Positions 49,586 to 58,392 of a DNA stretch of 64,000 bases are shown here, one piece after another. Every line of letters starts with the position of its first letter. Positions within the stretch are counted from its first letter, which is position 1. The notes beneath the pieces are model-generated. The model was given only the letters and a program-made list of their open reading frames with translations. It was not told the DNA's origin and did no database searches. The translations under genes were made by a program, and so were the position numbers. The stretch spans positions 1 to 64,000 of IMG/VR virus record IMGVR_UViG_2778261638_000005; one strand, written 5' to 3'. This stretch comes from a virus (Duplodnaviria > Heunggongvirae > Uroviricota > Caudoviricetes).

Positions 49586-50176
49586 TCATGCCTTACCCAG
49601 CAGCACATCACGGATACGCTGCTCCAGCTCTTCGCTGATGCCATCCTGCCCGCGCAGTTCTTCACTGACGGCGTTTGCCGCTTCTTCTGCGAATGCCTGG
49701 CGGATTTCTTTCTCGCGCCGGTGGCTGGACATTGCCGTGGATTCCAGACGCTGTGCCGCCAGCATGGCATTTTTCAGCAGGTCAATATCCACGTCAGATT
49801 CCGGGTTTTCGATTTGCCGCATCATGGCCTTAAAAAGCTGGCTGCGGGCCATTTCCAGAATCAGCTTTGTGGTTTCTCCCATTGGCTTGTCACCAAGTTC
49901 TGCGGTCAGTGCTGACGTCATTTCACGCATCTGTCGCAGGTTATGGCCTACCTGCTCGACGTTCGTCGCGTAACGGTTCAGACCGGAACGGGAGAGTTTC
50001 ATCTCATCCGGCAGGCCAGCGTCTTCAATCAGTACGTTAATTTCTTCCAGAATGCGGGCCTGTGGGATCGCTTTATCACGCAGCATTTCATGCAGCGTTT
50101 TACGTACGTTTTCCGGCAGTAAATCCACTTTTGAAGCCCGGCCCCGTGTTTTCCTGTCCATCACGCCTCCTGTCAT
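49586..50176 (-). CDS. Terminase small subunit (Mu gp27-like), 196 aa
   Basis: Position before the large subunit; helical DNA-binding-type N-terminus. Confidence 0.65.
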   Translation of the reverse strand: MTGGVMDRKTRGRASKVDLLPENVRKTLHEMLRDKAIPQARILEEINVLIEDAGLPDEMKLSRSGLNRYATNVEQVGHNLRQMREMTSALTAELGDKPMGETTKLILEMARSQLFKAMMRQIENPESDVDIDLLKNAMLAAQRLESTAMSSHRREKEIRQAFAEEAANAVSEELRGQDGISEELEQRIRDVLLGKA

Positions 50177-50463
50177 GCACGGGGACGAGGACGCTTGACA
50201 CCGGCAACGCGGGCACGACCTTCCGCCACATCCTGACCTCGGGAGGTCAGCGTTACGACATAAAAGCCGCGCAGGTTTTCCACGGTGACCAGTTGCTGCT
50301 CTGCCAGCCAGTCAATCTGGCCGCGAACCACATCGCGGGAAACGTTGTGTCCGTATGCATCCAGACAGTCCTGAAGGATGGATTCGTTTGCTTCGTTATT
50401 GCAGTCCATCAGGGAACGCAGGATGACCAGACGACGGTCTTCGGTCAGAATATCGTTAATCAT
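50173..50463 (-). CDS. Mu gp26-like protein (96 aa)
   Basis: Position. Confidence 0.45.
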   Translation of the reverse strand: MINDILTEDRRLVILRSLMDCNNEANESILQDCLDAYGHNVSRDVVRGQIDWLAEQQLVTVENLRGFYVVTLTSRGQDVAEGRARVAGVKRPRPRA

Positions 50464-50777
50464 GAATTACTCCGGTTTACTGCGTTTTCAAGCAGCAGCT
50501 CCAGTTGATGGGAAAATGACTGCACCCGCTGGGACAGCACCCGGATATCGCCGGACAGCTCTGCAATTCGCAGGCGCATTTCGTGTACATCTTCTGTGCC
50601 AGGGATGCTGGCGTAGCGGGTTTCCATTTCGGTCATCCGGTTTTCAAGACGCTCCACACGCTCAGTGCTGGCAAAACTACGACGCATTGCCCAGACGGCC
50701 CCACCGGCCACAACAGGCAACAGGTAAGGCCATAACGCTAAAACTGAAATCAAATCCATTATTCTGCTCCACGGCAC
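50460..50777 (-). CDS. Mu gp25-like membrane protein (105 aa), possible lysis accessory (releasin-like)
   Basis: N-terminal hydrophobic segment ISVLALWPYLLPVVAGGAVWA then coiled coil; position in lysis region. Confidence 0.45.
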   Translation of the reverse strand: MPWSRIMDLISVLALWPYLLPVVAGGAVWAMRRSFASTERVERLENRMTEMETRYASIPGTEDVHEMRLRIAELSGDIRVLSQRVQSFSHQLELLLENAVNRSNS

Positions 50778-50953
50778 CAGTGGCAGTAGTTCGCCATCGG
50801 CTGCTGTCTCAGCACATCAGGCCGCAGCTCACGACCGCAACCGGCACACAATACAGGCGGGTCATACGCCGCCGGGCGGGGAATATCACGGGTATCCCCC
50901 TGCCAGAGTTCAGCGAGCAGCAGCGCCACCGCCCGGTTCTGGTCTTCGTTCAT
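50759..50953 (-). CDS. C4 zinc-finger protein (TraR/DksA-like, Mu gp24-like), 64 aa
   Basis: CxxC...CxxC motif. Confidence 0.45.
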   Translation of the reverse strand: MNEDQNRAVALLLAELWQGDTRDIPRPAAYDPPVLCAGCGRELRPDVLRQQPMANYCHWCRGAE

Positions 50954-51251
50954 AAATTTCTTTCCTTCGGGTCTCCTGTTCCCGGACTGATGCCTTGTCG
51001 CGGTTGCACTGCCCGAGCGCCATCAACAGGTCAGCATTCCAGAGAAGGGATGCTCCCCACGTCAGGGGCTGTGGCATGGGCGGAACGGGCGTTGCTTCCG
51101 TCAGTTCTGCATCAGTTTCGGGCAGGATCACCACCGATGGCACGGGTGCGTTTTTCGAGTTCCCGCAACCTGTCAGCAGCAACGGCAGGCACAGGACGAG
51201 TGCTGCAATTGTCACCGGTAATGGCGGTTGTAATTTTTTGTTTTGCATCAT
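50910..51251 (-). CDS. o-spanin (Rz1-like outer-membrane lipoprotein), about 113 aa, overlapping the i-spanin gene in another frame
   Basis: Signal peptide with lipobox LLLTGC, proline-rich mature part; starts inside Rz-like gene. Confidence 0.6.
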   Translation of the reverse strand: MMQNKKLQPPLPVTIAALVLCLPLLLTGCGNSKNAPVPSVVILPETDAELTEATPVPPMPQPLTWGASLLWNADLLMALGQCNRDKASVREQETRRKEIYERRPEPGGGAAAR

Positions 51252-51498
51252 GATGTTCTGTCTCGTCTGCCAGCCGCGCGGCACGATTTGCGGCACGGAT
51301 AGCGGAAAATACCTGCATCGTCTGTTCCTGACCGTGTAACAACCATTCAGCCGTGTTGCGGGCCTGTTGCTCCGTCTGTAATTCACGGCGCAGCGTCTGG
51401 TTATCGTGGCGGGTGCTGTCCAGCCTGTGCCACAACACCCCGGACAGAACGGCGGCAAACACGGCTGCCAGCAGTAAACTTTTACTGGCGAAGGTCAT
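51112..51498 (-). CDS. i-spanin (Rz-like), 128 aa
   Basis: N-terminal TM helix then coiled-coil; directly after the endolysin gene. Confidence 0.65.
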   Translation of the reverse strand: MTFASKSLLLAAVFAAVLSGVLWHRLDSTRHDNQTLRRELQTEQQARNTAEWLLHGQEQTMQVFSAIRAANRAARLADETEHHDAKQKITTAITGDNCSTRPVPAVAADRLRELEKRTRAIGGDPARN

Positions 51499-52000
51499 CC
51501 GCCCCCCTGATATTCCAGATAGCCATTTCCACTTCGCGACGGTTCATCAGTCCTTTCCATTTATGGCCTGCGGCAAACACCCAGCGGGCCATCTGGTCAC
51601 GCGCTCCGGCGTAATCACCGGCATTGAGTTTTTTCAGCAGCGTTGATTTACTGAATGCGGTAACACCGGTGTTGAAAATAAACGTTGCCAGCGCCGTTTT
51701 CTGATATGGCGTCAGCGGCACCCTGACAAGACGATCGATTGCCGCATAAACCGGTTTTAAATCACTGTCGAGAAGAGCCATACACTCCGCATGGCTGTAA
51801 CGGCGCATTTCGATATCCGGCCCGGTATGTCCCACACAGACCGTAAGCACACCGGCAATATCGCGGTAAGGCATATAAGCGATATTTTCCAGATGGATCA
51901 GAGACTGACGGGTCATTTCCTGATAACCACCCACACCGCCACCGGCAATCGTTGCCGCCAGCAGTGCGGCTTTCAGTTTTTTTGGTATCCCCGCCATCAT
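51482..52000 (-). CDS. SAR endolysin (T4-lysozyme-like muramidase with N-terminal signal-arrest-release helix), 172 aa
   Basis: N-terminal Gly/Ala-rich weakly hydrophobic helix followed by E...D...T catalytic spacing (ENIAYMPYRDIAGVLTVCVGHTG). Confidence 0.75.
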   Translation of the reverse strand: MMAGIPKKLKAALLAATIAGGGVGGYQEMTRQSLIHLENIAYMPYRDIAGVLTVCVGHTGPDIEMRRYSHAECMALLDSDLKPVYAAIDRLVRVPLTPYQKTALATFIFNTGVTAFSKSTLLKKLNAGDYAGARDQMARWVFAAGHKWKGLMNRREVEMAIWNIRGADDLRQ

Positions 52001-52091
52001 GCTTCCCTGAAAAAATGCGCTGATGGCAGTCTAAAAAATCAGATGGCAGGTGCGGGATTATGGTGACAGGAAATAACCGGCAGGATGCCGG

Positions 52092-52514
52092 TTATTTTGG
52101 GCTTTCAGGTGAGAACAGATCAGGCTGATGACGTCGTGTATGCAGCTTTCTCTGGCGGGCAATAATCTGGTAGATCTGCGGCTGGGACAGGCGGTACTGG
52201 CGACGCAGTTCTTCCATGTTACGACCATTAAACTGGCAGTAAAGCAAATCGTCACGTAACGCGGTCAGGATCGTATCGCCGCAGGGGATGTAAAACTGCC
52301 GTCCGCCCAGAAAACAGGACAGGGCAACGGCCTGTTTACGGGCAAGCTCACGGGGATTGCTGACGTTCTGGCGTTTCAGTTCGTTTTCCAGAACATCAAT
52401 CAGATCAACCACCGAACGGGGCCAGCGTGATTCCAGTTCCGGGGCCGGGATGTTATCAATATGTCCGATTAACTGGCGAATTGCCGGATCGTGTTCAAAT
52501 AAATCATGCTGCAT
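52092..52514 (-). CDS. Late-gene transcriptional activator C (Mor/C family), 140 aa
   Basis: Paralog of 53493..53882; C-terminal HTH; position directly upstream of lysis genes as in Mu. Confidence 0.7.
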   Translation of the reverse strand: MQHDLFEHDPAIRQLIGHIDNIPAPELESRWPRSVVDLIDVLENELKRQNVSNPRELARKQAVALSCFLGGRQFYIPCGDTILTALRDDLLYCQFNGRNMEELRRQYRLSQPQIYQIIARQRKLHTRRHQPDLFSPESPK

Positions 52515-52526
52515 ATTTTCCCCCGG

Positions 52527-52646
52527 TTAACAGACAGAAAGATACACCACGGCACTGATGGTTATCAGAACCACAAGGGCAATCACTTTTATCGCACTCA
52601 TCAGCGTGGACGGCCCGAAACATTCATCACTGAATTTTCTGTACAT
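52527..52646 (-). CDS. Possible 39-aa single-pass membrane peptide (MYRKFSDECFGPSTLMSAIKVIALVVLITISAVVYLSVC)
   Basis: Short ORF in the gap between GH108-like gene and C; one hydrophobic helix; weak RBS. Confidence 0.25.
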   Translation of the reverse strand: MYRKFSDECFGPSTLMSAIKVIALVVLITISAVVYLSVC

Positions 52647-52849
52647 GGTATTTTTCTCTGTAGCGCCGGCAATGGTGGATAATTTCTGGCATATCAACGG
52701 ACTGCCAGCCTTTCATGTAATAGCTCCCGTGGGTGCCATCGTGCCCTGTGTAATCCATTGGCTTTGGTGGCGGGCCTCCGGCCTCCCGATGTAATACCTC
52801 CTGTTGTAAACGTTCGCGCCTGCCGAACTGAAAGGACGCATCCCACCCT

Positions 52850-53410
52850 TTACCCATGCAGAACCTCCCGACAGGCGCTGGCGAGCAGATCCAGACGGTT
52901 AAACCAGCCATTCAGATATTTCCCCTGCGAGGCACTGGATTTGATAATCCCTGCGTAATAGCGGGAACGACGCAGGAAGCACTGCAACAGCAGCCAGTCA
53001 GTATCGGCACGCAGAACGGCTGCGCGTGTGTTTTTACCGACGATGCCATCATCATCAACACCTGCTGCCGCCTGGAGGATCTGAATCGCGCGTTTAACAC
53101 CGAGCTGAACGGCAGCATCAAAAACGAATAAGGAAACGCCATCAGGCCATTCGTTACACTTTGCCGCCAGCCAGTAATCACGCCAGTAGATCTGCGCCGC
53201 CTGCTCGCGGGTTAAATCCTTAATGCGGGTATCAGGTTTTCCGTCACCGTTAACATCGGTTTTGCCATCAATAACGCCGTCGCGACGGTCAGAGATACCG
53301 TATTTCGTTTCGCCGCCACGGTCAGTGGGATCATCAACATATCCACCTTCAACATCAGGTCGTATAACGAAATTCAGCGAATGAAGGAATGCAGGGGAAA
53401 ACTCAGGCAT
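52850..53410 (-). CDS. Glycoside hydrolase family 108-like muramidase with C-terminal peptidoglycan-binding domain (186 aa)
   Basis: Motif EGGYVDDPTDRGGETKYGI (GH108 signature) and DGIVGKNT (PG_binding_3-like). Confidence 0.65.
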   Translation of the reverse strand: MPEFSPAFLHSLNFVIRPDVEGGYVDDPTDRGGETKYGISDRRDGVIDGKTDVNGDGKPDTRIKDLTREQAAQIYWRDYWLAAKCNEWPDGVSLFVFDAAVQLGVKRAIQILQAAAGVDDDGIVGKNTRAAVLRADTDWLLLQCFLRRSRYYAGIIKSSASQGKYLNGWFNRLDLLASACREVLHG

Positions 53411-53492
53411 GTTGCCCTCCAGTCATGAACGTTTTGTCGTCACAACAGAATATTGAGGGCGTAAAAAAAGCCGGATTAACCGGCTTTACTGT

Positions 53493-53882
53493 TTACAGAA
53501 GTGAAGGCTGGTACTGGCGGTATTTCAGCCGTCGCATCCGGCGAATGGCCTTGTAAACCGTATTGAAAGTGACACCATAACGGGTGGTCAGTTCGCTGAC
53601 GTTGCGACCGTTAAAATCATTCCAGATACGCAAATCCCGAATCAGCGAGTCCAGAACCTGACCGCGCGGAATGTAGACCTGACCGCCCCCCAGATGCTTA
53701 CAGATAGCCACAACAATCTCCAGTGAATGAGCAGGATCAACACCCAGCCGGGACAATTCCCCGCGCAGTAAATCGTTCAGCTCCGCCAGCAGTGCCGGAA
53801 AGCGTGACGTATCCTCTGCGGGATTGTCAAGATGTGCCAGGATGGTGTCATCCTGCAAATCACCAAATAAATCTTCCGTCAT
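53493..53882 (-). CDS. Middle-operon regulator Mor (Mor/C family), 129 aa
   Basis: Paralog of C with conserved C-terminal HTH block; position after gemA. Confidence 0.7.
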   Translation of the reverse strand: MTEDLFGDLQDDTILAHLDNPAEDTSRFPALLAELNDLLRGELSRLGVDPAHSLEIVVAICKHLGGGQVYIPRGQVLDSLIRDLRIWNDFNGRNVSELTTRYGVTFNTVYKAIRRMRRLKYRQYQPSLL

Positions 53883-54430
53883 TGTGCCATCCTCCGCGTC
53901 TTTCTGGCATGGGCATAAGCCGCCGTCATGGCATCATAGCCGCGCAGTTCACGACCGGACGGACTGACCGGCAATGGAAGCCCGTGACGGGAAAAGGCTT
54001 CACGAATACAGCGGATGTGCCACTGCTTGAGTGTTTCGAGGACTGTCAGCAGCGTGTCGCCATGACACCACGCCAGTGTGGAAACGCCCTGTCCGCCGTT
54101 GCGTTTCGCGGTCAGGCGTTGAACATATCTGTCCAGCGCCACATCACCGCCATCGGTAATAAAACCGTCTTCTGCCATCTGCTGCCAGATTTTATACACC
54201 TTCTCGCGGGGTGTGACATGCCCCTTAAACCGACGGCGTGGGTGTTTATTCTGCTTCTTAAAGCCGCGTTCTTTCATGGCATCGAGCACCTGTTTCAGTT
54301 GCGTAACCGTAAGCTCGCGGCAACTGATTTTGCCCGTTTTCTGCATCAGAAAAGCGCGGTAAGTGTCGTCGTCGAGTTGTAGATCACGACGGGCGACATG
54401 AATTAATTTAATCAGGGATGTGCGACTCAT
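53879..54430 (-). CDS. GemA-like regulatory protein (about 183 aa from MSRTSLIKL)
   Basis: GGAGG RBS before ATG 54430; position before mor. Confidence 0.6.
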   Translation of the reverse strand: MSRTSLIKLIHVARRDLQLDDDTYRAFLMQKTGKISCRELTVTQLKQVLDAMKERGFKKQNKHPRRRFKGHVTPREKVYKIWQQMAEDGFITDGGDVALDRYVQRLTAKRNGGQGVSTLAWCHGDTLLTVLETLKQWHIRCIREAFSRHGLPLPVSPSGRELRGYDAMTAAYAHARKTRRMAQ

Positions 54431-54503
54431 GATCGTACCTCCGGAAAGGGGGCGGTGCTGCAACACCGCCTGTACTATTGATAACACTGAAAATGGAGAC
54501 AAC

Positions 54504-54743
54504 ATGTCTGTAGAAAACAATGCGTCAATCACTTTTAACCTGGTTTCAGGTCTGATGGTGAAACTTGTTCGTAACAAGATTCTGACAAAGTGGGAAGCTC
54601 AATCCATACTGGCCTCTGCAATTCTTGAAAACGTTCAGAACCAGGAGGGGGTTACTGATTCGGATCTTGATGCACTTCGTCTGAAACTTGCTATGTCGGA
54701 TTTCAGCGTTGAAAAAGAGCCTCCACAAGACGATCAGGCGTAA
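54504..54743 (+). CDS. Hypothetical 79-aa protein on the strand opposite to the Mu early operon
   Basis: ATGGAGACAAC-ATG (GGAG RBS) at 54504; overlaps the 3' end of the minus-strand gene 54703..54999. Confidence 0.4.
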   Translation: MSVENNASITFNLVSGLMVKLVRNKILTKWEAQSILASAILENVQNQEGVTDSDLDALRLKLAMSDFSVEKEPPQDDQA

Positions 54744-54999
54744 TCACGTCTGATGGTTTAAGTCCCAGCCTGCGGCGAATAAATGCGTCGCGGGCTTTTT
54801 TGTTATCCAGTGAAACTTCATCTGCAATAATATTAATTTCATGCTGGATAATATTCACAGTAACACGAGCAGAAAGCCCTTCACGGATAGCAATATCAAT
54901 AATATCGCGCATACGCTCAAGCATTTTAGCTTTCACCAGTTCTTCATCCAGGTCTTTAGGCGTAAATTTAGTTTCATTATTCATATTATTCACCTTCAC
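54703..54999 (-). CDS. Hypothetical early protein (98 aa)
   Basis: ORF in Mu semi-essential early region. Confidence 0.4.
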   Translation of the reverse strand: MKVNNMNNETKFTPKDLDEELVKAKMLERMRDIIDIAIREGLSARVTVNIIQHEINIIADEVSLDNKKARDAFIRRRLGLKPSDVITPDRLVEALFQR

Positions 55000-55168
55000 A
55001 ATTCATGCACGCCGTGTCATCGCCCATATCGCAGTGGTTGCATTTCAGCCCGCCACAATGAGGGCACTCTTTCAGATATTCAGGGGCTTCATTACCGCAG
55101 GTCGGACATGCCTGTTTCACCGTGGTAAATTTCCCCAGCCACGAATACGATGTTTCATTGTTTTCCAT
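54986..55168 (-). CDS. Hypothetical zinc-ribbon protein (60 aa)
   Basis: CPTCG...CPHCG...CNHC...CMNC motifs. Confidence 0.4.
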   Translation of the reverse strand: MENNETSYSWLGKFTTVKQACPTCGNEAPEYLKECPHCGGLKCNHCDMGDDTACMNCEGE

Positions 55169-55706
55169 TGTTTACCCCCGCCTGTTCCAGTGCCATAACT
55201 GGTGCGTCAGAACAGTCAAGAATGAGATAGCGCAGTACATGGTCGGTGATATTCCATGCGTTTGAGCTGCAAATAAAACGCCCTGGCCGGATATCAATAT
55301 AAGCCATCACAAAACGGGGCATTCCCTGTTCGCACATCCTGTTATCCACTTCTGCAACGATGTGAACGGATTCACAGGTCAGCACGCCCGTTGCAAACTC
55401 TTTTGCCAGCGCGGGGATGGTATTACCTTCCACCCAGGGTAATGAGCGACGCCAGTTGCACCACACCGCATCATCAACAGCAGGCTGCTCAGTTGCGTTT
55501 CGTCTTACAGGCGGCGTCGGACGTGGGCGCGGAACGTCATAAAATCCGTTGCATTCGGTGAGAACACCGGCATCAACCGCATCACGCAGGAAATACACCA
55601 TTGACGAGGGCAGCATATTCATTTTTTCAGCCAGAACCCCGCAGGTCAGACGCCCGTAAGCCCGTAATAATGTGCTGACACCATTCAGAACTTTTGCATC
55701 AATCAC
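55155..55706 (-). CDS. Hypothetical early protein (183 aa)
   Basis: ORF, translationally coupled. Confidence 0.45.
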   Translation of the reverse strand: MIDAKVLNGVSTLLRAYGRLTCGVLAEKMNMLPSSMVYFLRDAVDAGVLTECNGFYDVPRPRPTPPVRRNATEQPAVDDAVWCNWRRSLPWVEGNTIPALAKEFATGVLTCESVHIVAEVDNRMCEQGMPRFVMAYIDIRPGRFICSSNAWNITDHVLRYLILDCSDAPVMALEQAGVNNGKQ

Positions 55707-55709
55707 CGG

Positions 55710-56264
55710 TTATTCCTCCGTCAGCGCCACAAATTCAGAATGTTTAATGCGCTGGCATTCGGCGGGAACCGGTCCCTTCACTTCGCCAGCCAGAAGGTAC
55801 ACCGCAAACAAAATGCTGAATCCGTCACGGCTGTGGTGCATTTTCCACACGGACCTGATGTCAAACAGGTCAACGTCGGTAGCCACGTTAAGTTCATTGC
55901 ACAGCCAGCGCGGAAAATCCGGGTTTTTTTCGAGCTGATTTTCACAGTCCCGGATGAGCTTCCCGTACTCACGGCCTGCCGGTATTGTCATATCCGGCAT
56001 TGCGCCCCATAACTGAATATCACCAATGAAAAGTGTCCTTGATTTAATCTCCCATCCTTCCGGTGGTAAGTAGCTAAACCAGACATGCGTAACCCTCTCA
56101 GGCCCTTTGTCACCAGACAAAGACACACCGATTGCTTTCACTGATTGCTGTAATGACTCAATAATCTCACCACGCTTAACAGAAACCTCTTTCAGCCAGC
56201 GAATCGTATAACCGTTAGCGGCTGTGTCACTCAGTTTAAAATAAGCACATGCTTTCATTTTCAT
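55710..56264 (-). CDS. Hypothetical early protein (184 aa)
   Basis: ORF downstream of gam. Confidence 0.45.
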   Translation of the reverse strand: MKMKACAYFKLSDTAANGYTIRWLKEVSVKRGEIIESLQQSVKAIGVSLSGDKGPERVTHVWFSYLPPEGWEIKSRTLFIGDIQLWGAMPDMTIPAGREYGKLIRDCENQLEKNPDFPRWLCNELNVATDVDLFDIRSVWKMHHSRDGFSILFAVYLLAGEVKGPVPAECQRIKHSEFVALTEE

Positions 56265-56355
56265 TCTCTCCGGTTCTGATTAAGGCGCGAGTAGTCCTCT
56301 GACGCATCGCGCCATAATTAAACGAATGTGAATTAATTAAATATTAATGGTGGTA

Positions 56356-56880
56356 TTAAATACCGGCTTCCTGTTCAAACGGAATAATGGAAAAATCTTC
56401 AATTCCCGATTTAACCGTAATTCCGGCAACACCTGCGACGGCTTTTGGTTCCAGTAAAATCGCCTCCTTGTTGATTTCCTGCTTCGTGCGAATAAAGCGT
56501 TGCAGGCCAAGACGCTCCAGCGTTTCCATCACTGCATCCATACCACGAATACTTACTGATGGTGGACGGACCCGCCACGATACATCACCGGTGACAAGAT
56601 TCGCCGTCTTCACTTTGCCGCCGTTCGTCAGTTCGTCGCGGTTCGCTTCACACCATCCCTGAACGCCTTTTGAAAGGGTTTCAATATCGGTTTTAATCGG
56701 TGCAATTCGGGCCGCAAATTTCTCCGTAATTTCCGCGATGGCATCATTCATTTCCGTTTCCAGACGTGATGCTTCGCGCTGTAAATCCCCGATGCGTTTA
56801 ATATCGGTAATCACCGCATCGCGGTTTTGTGGCACATAAGCCGCTGCGGCACTCTTGATACGTTTTGCTGGTTTAGCCAT
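56356..56880 (-). CDS. gam: Gam host-nuclease inhibitor (Mu Gam-like), 174 aa
   Basis: Size, coiled-coil N-half, position in Mu early region. Confidence 0.75.
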   Translation of the reverse strand: MAKPAKRIKSAAAAYVPQNRDAVITDIKRIGDLQREASRLETEMNDAIAEITEKFAARIAPIKTDIETLSKGVQGWCEANRDELTNGGKVKTANLVTGDVSWRVRPPSVSIRGMDAVMETLERLGLQRFIRTKQEINKEAILLEPKAVAGVAGITVKSGIEDFSIIPFEQEAGI

Positions 56881-56899
56881 AAATTAAAGCTCCTGTTAA

Positions 56900-57199
56900 T
56901 TAATATCCGCTGTATACAATGCTGGATACAGCTCGATTGCTTAATTCCATCTTTCGGGCAATGACATGAATATCCAGTCCTTCTTTATAAAGTTCACGAC
57001 ATAAATATTTGTCGTGTTCACTGATTCGGTATACACACAATGATATTCCGTGCCTTCTGGCATGTGCCCGGAGGGCGGTTGTGGCGACTTTCAGTTTTTC
57101 CGCCATTTCTTCAACGGTCATTTTCCCGACGTTGGCTTCGATAAATTCCCGGTCTTCGCGTGACCAGCGCTTACGATTATACTTCATGTCAGCCACCAT
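56900..57199 (-). CDS. Hypothetical HTH-like early protein (99 aa)
   Basis: Two helix-turn-helix-like segments. Confidence 0.4.
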   Translation of the reverse strand: MVADMKYNRKRWSREDREFIEANVGKMTVEEMAEKLKVATTALRAHARRHGISLCVYRISEHDKYLCRELYKEGLDIHVIARKMELSNRAVSSIVYSGY

Positions 57200-57619
57200 T
57201 CAGTACAGCAGAGGCTCGCGCAGTGATGCCGGAATATGCCGCAGCGATAACTGAACCGCTTTCAGGGCAAGCGAGGAATAACAGCAGCGCGCCCAGCCTT
57301 TTGCCATTAACCGGTAATCGCGCCAGATACGCTGCCACATTTCACGGGCTTCAGGGTCTGATGCGCAGATGTATTCCCGGTCCATGACGTACTCCCATAA
57401 ATCCACGTTGAACGCACCGCCAAATGCAATGGCGCGGGATATGCTTTCGCCGCAATAACGCGCACAGATGCTGTAATGGTCGAAAGCAATCAGGTAAGTC
57501 TTTTCACCACAATCATCAACTTTTCGGGCGCAAATAAACTCGCGTAATTCACCACCGTTGTTATTGCGTTCCTGAATTCGGATTAATGCCTGAATTTCAT
57601 TTCGGATTTTGACGTTCAT
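57200..57619 (-). CDS. Hypothetical early protein (139 aa), Cys-rich
   Basis: ORF between B and gam (kil-region position). Confidence 0.4.
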   Translation of the reverse strand: MNVKIRNEIQALIRIQERNNNGGELREFICARKVDDCGEKTYLIAFDHYSICARYCGESISRAIAFGGAFNVDLWEYVMDREYICASDPEAREMWQRIWRDYRLMAKGWARCCYSSLALKAVQLSLRHIPASLREPLLY

Positions 57620-57639
57620 TGTCAGCGTTCCTTTGCGAA

Positions 57640-57909
57640 TTAATGTTTAACCACATTCACCGGACGTGGTACTAAATCACATTCAGCTTCCATACCCACT
57701 TTCTTCATAGTGGTCAGCATCTCATCTTTGGCCTTTTTAATAATTTCAGGAGCCATAGTCAGGACTATATTTGCCAGTAAATCATGAGGCCCGGTATTTT
57801 CCGTTGGCGAGATATCTGCAAGACATGCTTTTGCATCCAGAACTTCTCTGCGCCCATTGCAACTGTCACTACTTTCCAGCCATGTAAACTCAAAGATAAC
57901 CTTTGCCAT
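57640..57909 (-). CDS. Hypothetical early protein (89 aa)
   Basis: ORF. Confidence 0.35.
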   Translation of the reverse strand: MAKVIFEFTWLESSDSCNGRREVLDAKACLADISPTENTGPHDLLANIVLTMAPEIIKKAKDEMLTTMKKVGMEAECDLVPRPVNVVKH

Positions 57910-57929
57910 TTTTCTTCTCCTTATTGATT

Positions 57930-58175
57930 CTAAATAACTGCGCTGGCTTTTACCTTCGCGCCTTTTACCTGCTTAAAGAAAACTGCGCTGCACCACGGAC
58001 AACATGTCAGGGAATCCCGAATTTCCTTTTCGGGTGAGCATTGCGTCATAATCTGTTCACCGCATCCTGGGCATTTATATGTCGTCAGCGGCACCCCGTG
58101 GCACTGACAGTGTTTAACCCATTCAATATATTTTTCAGCTTTAATACACATCGTTATCTCCAGATAATCTGGCAA
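57930..58175 (-). CDS. Hypothetical Cys-rich early protein (81 aa)
   Basis: ORF with CPGCG and CCPWC motifs. Confidence 0.35.
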   Translation of the reverse strand: MPDYLEITMCIKAEKYIEWVKHCQCHGVPLTTYKCPGCGEQIMTQCSPEKEIRDSLTCCPWCSAVFFKQVKGAKVKASAVI

Positions 58176-58381
58176 CCATTAAGACGGGCCGTCCATACAG
58201 AACGGGCCACCCCGGACTTATGCTCCATAATTCTGACCGCGTTTTTTACCAGTTCCACCGGTGGGTAAGTGATTTCAAGAATCGGACGCGCCACGCCGAG
58301 ATATGATTCATTTACATGACTCCCGCGCGCCTGTAACCAGTTCTGCGCATCCGTTGCCATTTTTATATTTCGTGACATCAT
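58154..58381 (-). CDS. Hypothetical early protein (75 aa)
   Basis: ORF directly downstream of B. Confidence 0.35.
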   Translation of the reverse strand: MMSRNIKMATDAQNWLQARGSHVNESYLGVARPILEITYPPVELVKNAVRIMEHKSGVARSVWTARLNGCQIIWR

Positions 58382-58392
58382 TATTTATCCCC

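Noticed and set aside
50995-51339. 114-aa + strand ORF in the lysis region
   Set aside because: Antisense to the spanin genes; shadow ORF
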